DNA of 61,986 nucleotides, filler included, from Globobulimina sp. (Eukaryota): assembly GCA_003354225.1 (NCBI GenBank). It is 20 parts of 20 records of this genome, joined end to end, with 100 filler letters (N's around TTAATTAATTAA, not from the genome) between each part and the next. Parts side by side here need not be neighbours in the genome. Positions count along the whole stretch, not along the records: positions 1 to 3,007 come from PIVH01004049.1; positions 3,108 to 6,113 come from PIVH01004050.1; positions 6,214 to 9,219 come from PIVH01004051.1; positions 9,320 to 12,325 come from PIVH01004052.1; 16 more parts are not named here. One strand, given 5' to 3'. How positions within the stretch are numbered: the first letter of the stretch is position 1; every line of letters starts with the position of its first letter. This document shows, one piece after another, positions 1-9,379 of the stretch. The translations under genes were made by a program, and so were the position numbers. The notes below the pieces were generated by a model. That model did not search any database. It was not told where the DNA came from and saw only the letters and a program-made list of their open reading frames with translations.

Positions 1-1
1 T

Positions 2-269
2 CAGGATGGATATTGGTTGATTTCATGGGAGTTATCAAGAAGTGGTTATCCTCATTTGCCTGACTTGCCAAGACTGGGCAATCTCGAACTACACGCCGAT
101 TACAGCGCACAACTGGCCGAACCCACCACATACGTTCTTATTATGGTAAACGGTTTGAATTTGGCGCCAAAAATAAAGTACAGATGTTCAGGTTATATCG
201 TTTTAGGAATACAATTCCAATATTTACATCAAATCAAATATAGAAGTGAGTACTGAATTTGTCGCCTAA
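2..269 (+). CDS. Polinton/adintovirus major capsid protein, C-terminal fragment (intron 146-206)
   Basis: Frame 2 reads QDGYWLISWELSRSGYPHLPDLPRLGNLELHADYSAQLAEPTTYVLIM. Splicing GTAAAC...TTTTAG continues EYNSNIYIKSNIEVSTEFVA*. This matches the recalled Polinton MCP end (GY.L..FDL...GNL.LE..F...L...T..V..EF.N.I.I...R.V). Confidence 0.75.
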
Positions 270-274
270 GAAAG

Positions 275-796
275 ATGGATTGTCAAGAAATCGATAAAAT
301 ATTTAATCTCGATCCTTCAACAAAATGTATATTTCGATCTTGTGTACAAATAAAGGATTTGTCTTCTGTTAAAAAGTTGTACTTGCCTGATCAGGACAAT
401 ATATTTATTTTGTTGTCTTTAACCAATGGTCAATGGCTAGGCCATTTCTTGTTATTGTATGTAGATAAAAATAGAAAGGCCATATTATTCGATTCGACAG
501 GACTGACCAAAATCGACTCCAGAATTGTACAAATAGTTAAAATTCAAATCAAGTGCGTAGACATTACATTTAACCTAAATCGAATTCAATATCCCGATTC
601 ATGTACTTGCGGACTTTATTGCATCTTTGTTGCCCATTACTTGGCCCGCGATTACCTGTTTACCGATATTCTGTCCTGGTTTTCTAAACAAGATTTCAAA
701 TTAAATGACCACAGCGTTTTGGAATGGTTTAGCAAGAAAAAAGGTAGATTAAGTAAAAACTGGTGTCGAAGAGTTGTGGATTGTAATTTCGAATAA
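275..796 (+). CDS. Adenain-like cysteine protease (Polinton PRO, capsid maturation)
   Basis: Catalytic pattern GHF...FDSTG...RIQ...CGLYC, 173 aa, C-terminal ND..V motif. Confidence 0.9.
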   Translation: MDCQEIDKIFNLDPSTKCIFRSCVQIKDLSSVKKLYLPDQDNIFILLSLTNGQWLGHFLLLYVDKNRKAILFDSTGLTKIDSRIVQIVKIQIKCVDITFNLNRIQYPDSCTCGLYCIFVAHYLARDYLFTDILSWFSKQDFKLNDHSVLEWFSKKKGRLSKNWCRRVVDCNFE

Positions 797-797
797 A

Positions 798-1560
798 ATG
801 GAGGAAGGAAGCACAAGTATAGCTGTTATGCCGAATCTGCCCTTTTCCATGGGTATAATGGGCGCCAGTCAAACAGGTAATTTTAGTAGTATGCAATAAT
901 AATACTAAGAAAATAACATAGTTTTCAGGCAAAACTGTCTTTCTGACTAAACTTCTAAAAGCTTGGCCATCTATGTTTCAAGACAGCAGAATCAGAAAAG
1001 TTGTAGTGGTACAAAAATTCCGAGATCAACCGTCCTATGACGAATTAATGGATCATTTCGGACCTGAAATTATTACATTTACACAACAATTCGACGAAAG
1101 TGTTATTTCGGCGGAAAATTTGGGTCCTAAACAGAACGGTAGTGCCATTATTGTATTGGACGATGTAATGCACTTGGTGGCCAATTCGGATCTGCTGTGT
1201 TCCCTGGTAGTAGGGGGTGTTCACCATAACAATATTACCGTATTTTTGATTGGCCACAATTTGTATGGAAGCAGGTCACCAATTTGGCTTACTATTAGTA
1301 GAAATCTGACCATGTTATGCATTATGCCAAATCCTAGGGACATGACTATTTTGTCTACACTAAATAGACAGCTTTTCCCCGGAAAAGGCAAGAATCTTGT
1401 CACTACAGCTTTTAAACTGGCCAGCCAAGACAATTTGAGATACAACCATTCTAATTATTCATATCTACTGGTGGACTGCTCTACCACATGTCCTGATCGA
1501 TACAGACTGCGCACAGGTATAGGCGACAATGTCAAATTTTGTTACGCAATCGAAGGATGA
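798..1560 (+). CDS. Genome-packaging ATPase, A32/FtsK-like (exons 798-876, 929-1560; 236 aa)
   Basis: Spliced Walker A GASQT-G-KT, Walker B IIVLDD, downstream HHNNITVFLIGHNLY, ISRN and YLLVD motifs. Intron GTAATT...TTTTCAG, 52 nt. Confidence 0.92.
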
Positions 1561-1620
1561 CGTCATTATTGCGCAATCGATGTCTGGTTCCGGTGATGAC
1601 TAATTTTATTATTGATCGTA

Positions 1621-2271
1621 ATGGCTTCAGTAAAACGTTACTTCTTGATCAGTCCTGACACTTTCGCCGATTTGAAAGCAACCAAAGCCCAAGTCAGATG
1701 TCAACATGGAGGATACGTCCAGCAACAACTTCAGCCACACTCATTCCCACACTCACAGCCACTCCAATACCAGCAGCCAATCCCTGACAATTATAACCAC
1801 TCGAAAGGAACTGCTGTTGTTGACGACGTTGGTTCTTTTACTGACAATTTTGGCCATAATTCGACTTGTGAGCACAATTGTCAAAGTAATGTTGTAGCGG
1901 AACCGAATGCCCATCTACAGACCAAATCGATAGAAACTTTGGCCCACAAAATATTGTCATACTTTCCCAAGAATATGAAAAGGAATACCCAACTCATTTT
2001 GAACTTTCTTTCACAGCTAGAGGACAAAGAATTTTATGTACTTCCTGGATCGATGGATTTGGTAATAGACGGAAAATTATTGCCCAACAGTAACCTGATG
2101 GAACTGATTACCGAAATTCACAGCAATTTGCCTAATAAAACGAAGGTTTCGATGCCCATGATGGTTTTGATCGAAATATTGGCCAGACGAACAGCTTTAC
2201 CTGCTATAGCCATACAATCGGTGGCTCTTAGAAATTTGTTTAAAAGTATTCGCGAAGAAAGATACAAATAA
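1621..2271 (+). CDS. Polinton/adintovirus-type accessory protein of unknown function
   Basis: N-terminal KRYFLISP and C-terminal LVIDGKLLPNSNLMELI resemble a motif recalled from Polinton accessory ORFs. AATAAA overlaps the stop codon. Confidence 0.55.
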   Translation: MASVKRYFLISPDTFADLKATKAQVRCQHGGYVQQQLQPHSFPHSQPLQYQQPIPDNYNHSKGTAVVDDVGSFTDNFGHNSTCEHNCQSNVVAEPNAHLQTKSIETLAHKILSYFPKNMKRNTQLILNFLSQLEDKEFYVLPGSMDLVIDGKLLPNSNLMELITEIHSNLPNKTKVSMPMMVLIEILARRTALPAIAIQSVALRNLFKSIREERYK

Positions 2272-2323
2272 TAAAAAAGCGATTTATTGTCGATATATTG
2301 ATCCTTTAAAAAAATAAAATACA

Positions 2324-3007
2324 TTATAAATATGTTACAATCAATCTTAAACCTAAAATTCTTACCACTTCCCAATCGGAATGTGGATTAAAGTTGTAGA
2401 CTTTTTCGGTTATGTTCACTTCACATAATCTGTCGATTAAAGCTTCTACATCTTTAGTTTTAGAAAGATCTAATCTTACATCGCTTGCTATTGCCGATAG
2501 ATGACCGGGATAAAAGAATCTAAGTTCTCCAGTTTCCCTGTTTCTTAATAATAACGACAAATCGGCGTGCAATCTGACTGGACCTTGAACGTTCGTGCGA
2601 TGTAATAATTCACCAACTGCTTCCATGTAGAACTGTCTGTTCAAGTCACCATTTTGTGCCAATGGATGAAATACAATCGCACCGTTTGGCATATTTACAT
2701 TGTACGGATGGATTTGGTCCTCGAATCCATTTAAGTAAGATTCGACCCTTGCGTTTTCCTTAATCGATTCGTTGCTATGATCTTGTCCCACCGCTGTGGG
2801 TACTACTTTGCCTGCATATCGATTCCTGAAAAACTGAAATTCTTCTATGTATTAAATAAAGTTACCAAAACTACTACCTTCTCGAAGTCGAAGGTCCATT
2901 TTCGTCAGTAATTCTTGATTTCAATTCTTTTAGTTCTGTTCGTACCTTTTTGGCCTTCGGTTCCGCCAATGTCAGTTTGGCTTGGGCTAACGCCTCTCGT
3001 GCTTCGG
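2324..3007 (-). CDS. Polinton protein resembling the pPolB N-terminal/terminal-protein-like domain (5'-partial; intron 2826-2877)
   Basis: Open exon from the contig end (EAREALAQAK...GPSTSR) splices AAG|GTAGTA...TTTTTCAG|G in frame into the 2324..2791 ORF. Motifs LLLRNRETGELRFFY and PHSDWEVVRILGLRLIV. Confidence 0.6.
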
Positions 3008-3107
3008 NNNNNNNNNNNNNNNNNNNNNNNNNNNNNNNNNNNNNNNNNNNNTTAATTAATTAANNNNNNNNNNNNNNNNNNNNNNNNNNNNNNNNNNNNN
3101 NNNNNNN
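3008..3107. other. Artificial contig spacer (N44-TTAATTAATTAA-N44); first of 19
   Basis: Identical 100-bp spacers also at 6114, 9220, 12326, 15432, 18537, 21642, 24747, 27851, 30955, 34059, 37163, 40267, 43371, 46475, 49578, 52681, 55783 and 58885. The intervening segments decrease steadily from 3007 to 3002 bp, i.e. size-sorted contigs. Confidence 0.99.
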
Positions 3108-3596
3108 AACACCAAACCCCCAAAAACCATCACAACTACCATTTGGTTCATGATACGACTTAATATTATCGTATGGGATGGTTACATCACCCATATAGCA
3201 CAAAGGCATTTGAAATGGACCAAATTTAACCCTCAGACCAGAGCCTACATCCTCAACCTTTATATTTCCGATAAAAGCTCTGTTGATATCTACAATTAAT
3301 TGATTAACAAACCTCACAGTACATCATACTCTGTATATATTGTATCAGCACAAATATATTTATATGATGTTGGTACAAAACTCAACTAATCCTTGAGCAG
3401 TCACAACAATACCAATCGCAATGTAAAAGAATGTAATCCAAGAAACACCGGAATAAAAAAAAAGAGAAAATACAAATGCCAATGCCACGCAGAAAAGAAT
3501 GACAGAGTACCATGCTGTAGTTTGTCGCCTTTTGAAGCCGGAGCGAGTGGTGTATGGTTTAATTCTATGGTCAGTCAAGGGTTTTGATCCTTCCAT
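3108..3596 (-). CDS. Small two-TM membrane protein, 3'-partial (probable intron 3290-3376)
   Basis: Two hydrophobic helices in 3360..3596. A GT-AG intron joins in frame to YINRAFIGNIKVEDVGSGLRVKFGP. Confidence 0.45.
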
Positions 3597-3660
3597 GATT
3601 TTTAAAGTAAGTTTTTAAAGTATTTTATTTTCTTAATTTGTAGTTTAAGTTTCTGCAAAC

Positions 3661-4620
3661 ATGTCTGTTACTTTAATTGGCTATATTACATTCATCTGCT
3701 GCGTTATAACAGTAACTACAACGTTTCTGTTGTCAATCATTATTTGGAGATATTACGATATCAGACAAAAAAAATGGCCTGCAGCAACAACATGGAGTAT
3801 GCGTGCAATTATTTGTTTTGGTGCATATTGCGGACTGTTAGCGTGTTATTTTCAATTTGAAAATATACCAAATGCAAAATATGTATCATATTTGTTCCGT
3901 ATATGTGGCATAGTTTGGCGATTGGGAACAGCAAGCATTTATATAATGTTTATAAAGAGATTTCAAAGCTCATTTGGTAAAACAAAATATGATACCTCTG
4001 TGATGCTTTATAGATTGTTTTATTTTTTGTGTGCATCATTTGTCTTATTGGGAGTAACTGGTATAATTGTACTGGTACTCAGCGATTTAAATATAATATC
4101 CGTACACCAAGTATCTGTATTGATCATTGTGGATACAATTGTTTCCCAAATTATTGATATTATATTATCAACAGTGTTGATAGGCTTATTTGTGTACAGA
4201 TTGTGGCAACTCAGCATTGATATTGGTTCAACAAAAAGGGATATTAATATTGACTCATTCAATTTAGATATAAAACAAATTTCAATCATCAATGCAATCT
4301 CAAAGATCACAACAATATCATTATTCGCAATCGTTTCAACACAAATAGTTTTCTTATTTGAATGTGTTGAATTTGTGCATGTGTTCGACAATAAATACCA
4401 TGAAAGAGAGGATGCCGTAAGTACTTTATTATCTGTTATTGACAGTTTTGTTAATTCATTGTGTGTCATTGGTAGTTTTGATTTTGTGGACATGTTTTAT
4501 CGACATACACCGTGTGCTGGATTGGATTTTTGCTGTAACAGATTGTGTAGACATCTGACTAAACGAAAACAATCGAGAAGCAGCATTGAGCTGAGACAAA
4601 CTTTGTTGAATGATGAGTGA
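3661..4620 (+). CDS. Multi-pass (about 7-TM) receptor-like membrane protein
   Basis: 319 aa with about seven hydrophobic segments and a C-terminal Cys-rich helix. Similar in style to 38253-39230 and 49678-50186. Confidence 0.65.
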   Translation: MSVTLIGYITFICCVITVTTTFLLSIIIWRYYDIRQKKWPAATTWSMRAIICFGAYCGLLACYFQFENIPNAKYVSYLFRICGIVWRLGTASIYIMFIKRFQSSFGKTKYDTSVMLYRLFYFLCASFVLLGVTGIIVLVLSDLNIISVHQVSVLIIVDTIVSQIIDIILSTVLIGLFVYRLWQLSIDIGSTKRDINIDSFNLDIKQISIINAISKITTISLFAIVSTQIVFLFECVEFVHVFDNKYHEREDAVSTLLSVIDSFVNSLCVIGSFDFVDMFYRHTPCAGLDFCCNRLCRHLTKRKQSRSSIELRQTLLNDE

Positions 4621-4709
4621 ATATTGTTTTACATTTCGAACAAATAACACACCAATAGCTTGTAACAAAATTATCATAAATTACAATAAACAAATTATTA
4701 ACCATATTC

Positions 4710-4790
4710 ATTTTGCAATAGAAAGCATTTCAAGTCACTACAATTCATGACAAAATTGCATGATAAATGACTGTCACAGCGCTGCAAAAT
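4710..4790 (-). promoter_or_regulatory. Candidate SECIS element in the deiodinase 3' UTR
   Basis: Minus strand: helix I ATTTTGCA/TGCAAAAT, core GUGAC...UGAA, helix II AGTCATT/AGTGACT, upper stem TCATG/CATGA. Starts about 50 nt after the stop. Confidence 0.6.
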
Positions 4791-4841
4791 ATATTGTTAC
4801 ACTGAGAATAATTTAATAAATTATATTTTCGATATATTACT

Positions 4842-5826
4842 TTATTGCTTAAACTTTGACAAGAATGATCCTAATTCTTTTATACTATAATAAAATGGCC
4901 CTAACTCTCCTTGATATATAACTTTACCATTTTCAACGGCATATAAACGTTCTGGCATTGATACAAATCTGTTGCCCATATCATTGCTCATATTATCAAT
5001 GATAAATTTTATCTTATTTCCTTTTGTATTTTGTATCATAATCTCATTGAATTCATTTTTATCCTCAATTTTTTCCTTCCATATTTCAATCATTGTTTGT
5101 AACGCATCGACTCTATCATTTATATTCTGCGTAGTTTCAATACCAATATTACCTTTTACCGGGAACCATGAATCTGCTGCATGTGCTTCCGCCATATATA
5201 TCACCACAAAATTTGCAATATCTTTGTATTCCTTGTAAACAGAATAAAAAGTTTGCAAATTCTTCACAAATGGGGGTCAACTATATATTTGTAGGTATTT
5301 GTTTGTTATAATTAATAGGAAATGCATTGCACCTCACATATGGACCAGATTAGCAACACTGGCAACACAAAAACAAGCGAATAATAAATATCACGAATCA
5401 GTATTCAGGTCCAATGTGTGCGAGGTGCAGTGATTAACAAATGACAAACGAGCATGATCCGAAATTAAGCACAGTTAATTTTGATGTGATAATATCTGAT
5501 AATTGAGCTTTTTGTGTGGATGAATCGATCGGATTGTATTTGATGAGTGACATATTAGGAACATTTTCACCAATTTGTATTTCCTGTAATATTAATTGAA
5601 AAGCTCTGCTACTGAGTCTTCTTGAAATCTCTAAAAGCTGTTTTATGTTCCATGCATATTTACCAGTGGTTTTCATAACGAATTTATTGCGGACATATAC
5701 AAGCCACATGCAAATAAGTTTCGTCATCAATCCGACTGCTCTTTTAGATGAGATTCGTTTAAATACATATAAATATAAAGCTAGTGCTCCAATTGACACT
5801 GCAAGCAACAACCATTTCGTTACCAT
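4842..5826 (-). CDS. Iodothyronine deiodinase-like selenoprotein (intron 5281-5449; Sec UGA at 5277-5279)
   Basis: The spliced product reads LTVLNFGSCS-U-PPF, then FVVIYMAEAHAADSW, DNMSN, PERLY and YQGELGPFYY, all deiodinase signatures. N-terminal TM anchor. Confidence 0.92.
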
Positions 5827-5904
5827 GATTCACAATGTATCCTCGTAGTGAGGTGGTTATCCACGAACAATTCGTTGAGTTAACTGAAATAATGTTGTCT
5901 ACAT

Positions 5905-6002
5905 TAGGCATTTTTGCCTTATCGTAAAAATCTATTTTCTAAGGGAAAAAACTGATTTTTTCTGTTTAAAAACAGATTTTTACGATAAAGCAAAAATGCC
6001 TA
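5905..6002. mobile_element. MITE-like element with about 30-bp TIRs flanked by TA
   Basis: TA|GGCATTTTTGCCTTATCGTAAAAATCT ... AGATTTTTACGATAAAGCAAAAATGCC|TA; the 94-bp interior is non-coding. Confidence 0.6.
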
Positions 6003-6356
6003 TTGACTTGGTTTATACTAATTGTCAAAATCATTGTCGCTCAGTTTCTTTTCATAATCATTGTCGTTTTTTAGGAATTCCAGGATTTTAGAACTTTGCG
6101 TCTGTACAGAAATNNNNNNNNNNNNNNNNNNNNNNNNNNNNNNNNNNNNNNNNNNNNTTAATTAATTAANNNNNNNNNNNNNNNNNNNNNNNNNNNNNNN
6201 NNNNNNNNNNNNNAACAGTATCTCAATTATTCCAATCTCCGACAATTCGCTTCCTAAAAAAGTCTAAACCAACACTAATATCAACTTTCACTGTTTCTGT
6301 CATTAATTTCACAAGATCTGAATTCATACTGCTTTCGAAATTTGGGGAAGCACTCC

Positions 6357-7766
6357 ATGTCACGCAGTAATTTTACTTGTTACGACTACATATCCCTTGC
6401 AATTTGTTCATTGGGGTATACATTAGGTTTTACTTATCGCGGATCATTGTCGCCAATCACTGATGCATTGCAAGACGATTTAAATACAACAGCTTCAGGA
6501 ATCGGATTGCTGTCAACCAGTTTATTTATTGGGGCTGTATTCATTACAATCCCTTCCGGCTTATTATTAGAAATCTATAGTTCAACTTTGCTTTTAGCAG
6601 TTAGTTGGTTTGCATTTGGTTTGTGTAGCATACTATTTTGCTTTGCATCCAATTTGACATTGCTAAATGTCATACAATTTGGTGCTGGCATCTTTATAGG
6701 ACCTCTATTTTTAGGCGCTGTCAGTGATGCACACATAAGATTTGGCAATAAACATTTAGCAGTTACTATAGCACTAATTAACGGCTTGTCATATTGTGGC
6801 GTCTTAATTGGTGGCGTAATCCAAGCATTTTTATTCGATGAATTTACTGTTTGGAGGCATTTCTTCTTTGGTTTAGGAGCACTGTCTGTAGCTTGCAGTT
6901 TTATTATAGGAATGCTCAGAATTGCGGAATTCAATCATGTTAAACACAAAATAGATGAATCAAAGCAATGTGAAATGATTGTATCCAAATCCATTGATGA
7001 TACGCAAGCGTTGCTTTTTACATTAAAGCCGACATCAAACTCATTGCATTTTTTTATTTTTAGACAGTGTGCTGAAGATATTGCAGAATCCAGCAAAATA
7101 AAACAATCATGGAATTCGTTAAAAATTGTTATCCAAAATTATGCAAATTGGTTGGTTGGAATACATGGCTTTTGTCTCGGTGCACTTTTGTTGGGATTGA
7201 ATGGTTTGTGGTTTATTCCATATTTAATGGAAAAATTTAATTATTCCCGATCCTTTGCGACTATTATAAATGGATTATTTTATATATCGTCAGCATTTGG
7301 AGGCATTGTTTTGGGTAAAATAGTTTCGTTTTATCCAAATAAAAGAAAAATGATTGTAATATTATGTTCATTGACGAATGCATGTTCAATAATTATTATT
7401 TATGGTACAAATAAATCGACACATTTGATGATTGTAATAATACTAAATTGTGCCTCTGGATTTACAGCACTTTTTTCGATTACTTTTGCATTGCTTCGTG
7501 AATATAATACAAAACAATGCGGTGACACAGCGACAGGATTTGCAGCATCGATTGGGACTGCGGCTGGTTTAGTGGTACCGTTTGTGATCGGAGAGTTAAT
7601 GGATTACAGTTGGGAGAAAAGGGGAGCCAATGATTTTGTTAATCAAACAAAAGAGAGACATTATAATGAGGATGTCTATAATTTTGGATTCCTAGTATTG
7701 CCGTGCTGTTTAATCGTACAGATCATCGTATCATGTCTTTTGAAACGACCTCTAAATGCATTTTAA
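6357..7766 (+). CDS. Major facilitator superfamily transporter
   Basis: About 12 TM helices in two bundles, with R..LSPITDALQDDL, degenerate motif A (PSGLLLEIY) and a central hydrophilic loop. Confidence 0.9.
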   Translation: MSRSNFTCYDYISLAICSLGYTLGFTYRGSLSPITDALQDDLNTTASGIGLLSTSLFIGAVFITIPSGLLLEIYSSTLLLAVSWFAFGLCSILFCFASNLTLLNVIQFGAGIFIGPLFLGAVSDAHIRFGNKHLAVTIALINGLSYCGVLIGGVIQAFLFDEFTVWRHFFFGLGALSVACSFIIGMLRIAEFNHVKHKIDESKQCEMIVSKSIDDTQALLFTLKPTSNSLHFFIFRQCAEDIAESSKIKQSWNSLKIVIQNYANWLVGIHGFCLGALLLGLNGLWFIPYLMEKFNYSRSFATIINGLFYISSAFGGIVLGKIVSFYPNKRKMIVILCSLTNACSIIIIYGTNKSTHLMIVIILNCASGFTALFSITFALLREYNTKQCGDTATGFAASIGTAAGLVVPFVIGELMDYSWEKRGANDFVNQTKERHYNEDVYNFGFLVLPCCLIVQIIVSCLLKRPLNAF

Positions 7767-7835
7767 TTAATTGCTTATACTTTACATCAAAAATCCTCGC
7801 ACTGAGCCAGTGAAGTTCACTGAGTGAACCTAAAC

Positions 7836-8366
7836 ATGTCTACACTAACAATCTTAAACAAATCAAATAAAAGAAATGCGTTGTTGGTATATGGATATGT
7901 GAAGGAATCACAACAACTATTCAATGGTAGGAATACAGCATACGATAATATTCCAGCACTGGTTTCACAGATTATTTTAGCTTATCATTATATGCATGCT
8001 GTGTCTGATCGGAGCAGAGAATCAGACAAATACCTTCCGTGGTGGCATTATGGATATGTAACATTGGATGGTAAGTATAAAATCACCGTTGAATGGCAAC
8101 AACGAGGCCACGGGAACTGGCATAAGGTGGCAGCAAGGAATTGTACTTTGAATGGAAAAGCTATGAAATTAATTTCATTTTCGTTTGGCAAAAACCATGG
8201 ATATTCACAAAATGAAATATTACGATTTTGTATCCCTGAAAATGGTACAATATGTCGATTGTATTGGATTAAAACAAATAAATGGTGTTTTGATGATGGA
8301 ATCGGAATTTATTCCAATTTGAAGCCAGCGTCGATGAATGAAATGGGGACTGAGCCTTTCATTTGA
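7836..8366 (+). CDS. Hypothetical protein with N-terminal LLVYGY...IP..I..IILAY motif
   Basis: Intact ORF; function not recognised. Confidence 0.5.
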   Translation: MSTLTILNKSNKRNALLVYGYVKESQQLFNGRNTAYDNIPALVSQIILAYHYMHAVSDRSRESDKYLPWWHYGYVTLDGKYKITVEWQQRGHGNWHKVAARNCTLNGKAMKLISFSFGKNHGYSQNEILRFCIPENGTICRLYWIKTNKWCFDDGIGIYSNLKPASMNEMGTEPFI

Positions 8367-8550
8367 AATGCAGACACTTCGTGATTGATACACAAAGATT
8401 TAATTATAATAGTGTCTGAATATTGAATACTTGATACACGCAAGTAACGTTTTTCGAAGTAAGTTAAGGTTCTACCATGTCTGCGTTGCAGCATTTGAAT
8501 CTTTTGATTTACATATTGAAAAATGCTGAAAAAACCGAGCCCATCGCAAT

Positions 8551-8990
8551 TTGGTGAATGCTGCTTATAGTCGCGGTGAAGAGGGGATGTGGCAAAACAA
8601 CGCAAAACGAACTAATTTGGATGAGGTACAACCATTATTGAGAAGCACCAAACTCATTTTAGCAGTAATCAAATCGAAACATAATGGGAAGGAAATGGTT
8701 GTAGGTTGTATTCGTATTGAACCGTCTTTTAAACCAAACATTGGAGAATGGGGACTGTTGGCTGTCAGTGAAAAGTGGTTAAGGCATGGAATAGGAACAC
8801 AATTAATTGTTGAAGCAGAGAAATCATTTACAAAGCATGGATGTGGCATTTCGCAGCTTGAAATCTTGAAACCGTCTCAATATGGGAACATCCAATGAAA
8901 GTAATGCTCCATCGTTGGTATACACGGTTAGGATATTCACAGGTCTCCAATATGGATTTCGAAGAGTTGTTGTGGTATATTGACATATGA
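8551..8990 (+). pseudogene. Frameshifted GNAT N-acetyltransferase
   Basis: VNAAYSRGEEGMW..RT, GEWGLLAVS..LRHGIGTQLI (motif A). A frameshift near 8881-8883 leads into WEHPMKVMLHRWYTRLGY. In-frame stop at 8527 just upstream and no ATG. Confidence 0.7.
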
Positions 8991-9379
8991 TACCCCCCTA
9001 TAACTGAAAACCTCTTTGTATTAATTATATCTAAGTACTTACTTACTTACTTAGCCATCCCTTACTAAACTTAAGGAATACCATATTTGGTGCGTCGACC
9101 GTTTTTAATTGAAACGAACGGAGAGAAAAAGGAGAAACCTCATAATGTCAAATAACCAAACAAAAATCATTGTATGTAGACAAAAAAAGTCACATCAATA
9201 ATAAAATTTTGACTTTCTCNNNNNNNNNNNNNNNNNNNNNNNNNNNNNNNNNNNNNNNNNNNNTTAATTAATTAANNNNNNNNNNNNNNNNNNNNNNNNN
9301 NNNNNNNNNNNNNNNNNNNGCCTAGCTTCCTCCTGGGTCCTGCCAACACTCCGCAACTGGGGATTCGGGTAGGGCACTT

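Larger units (their letters stand above)
1..3007. mobile_element. Polinton/Maverick (adintovirus-like) element, internal fragment
   Basis: Tightly packed cluster of capsid C-terminus, adenain-like protease and A32/FtsK-type packaging ATPase (gaps of 5 and 1 nt), followed by an accessory ORF. No TIR, integrase or pPolB core lies within the contig. Confidence 0.9.

Noticed and set aside
17-256. 79-aa ORF as a complete small protein
   Set aside because: It is the 5'-truncated capsid C-terminus read through an intron; the spliced end fits the family better.
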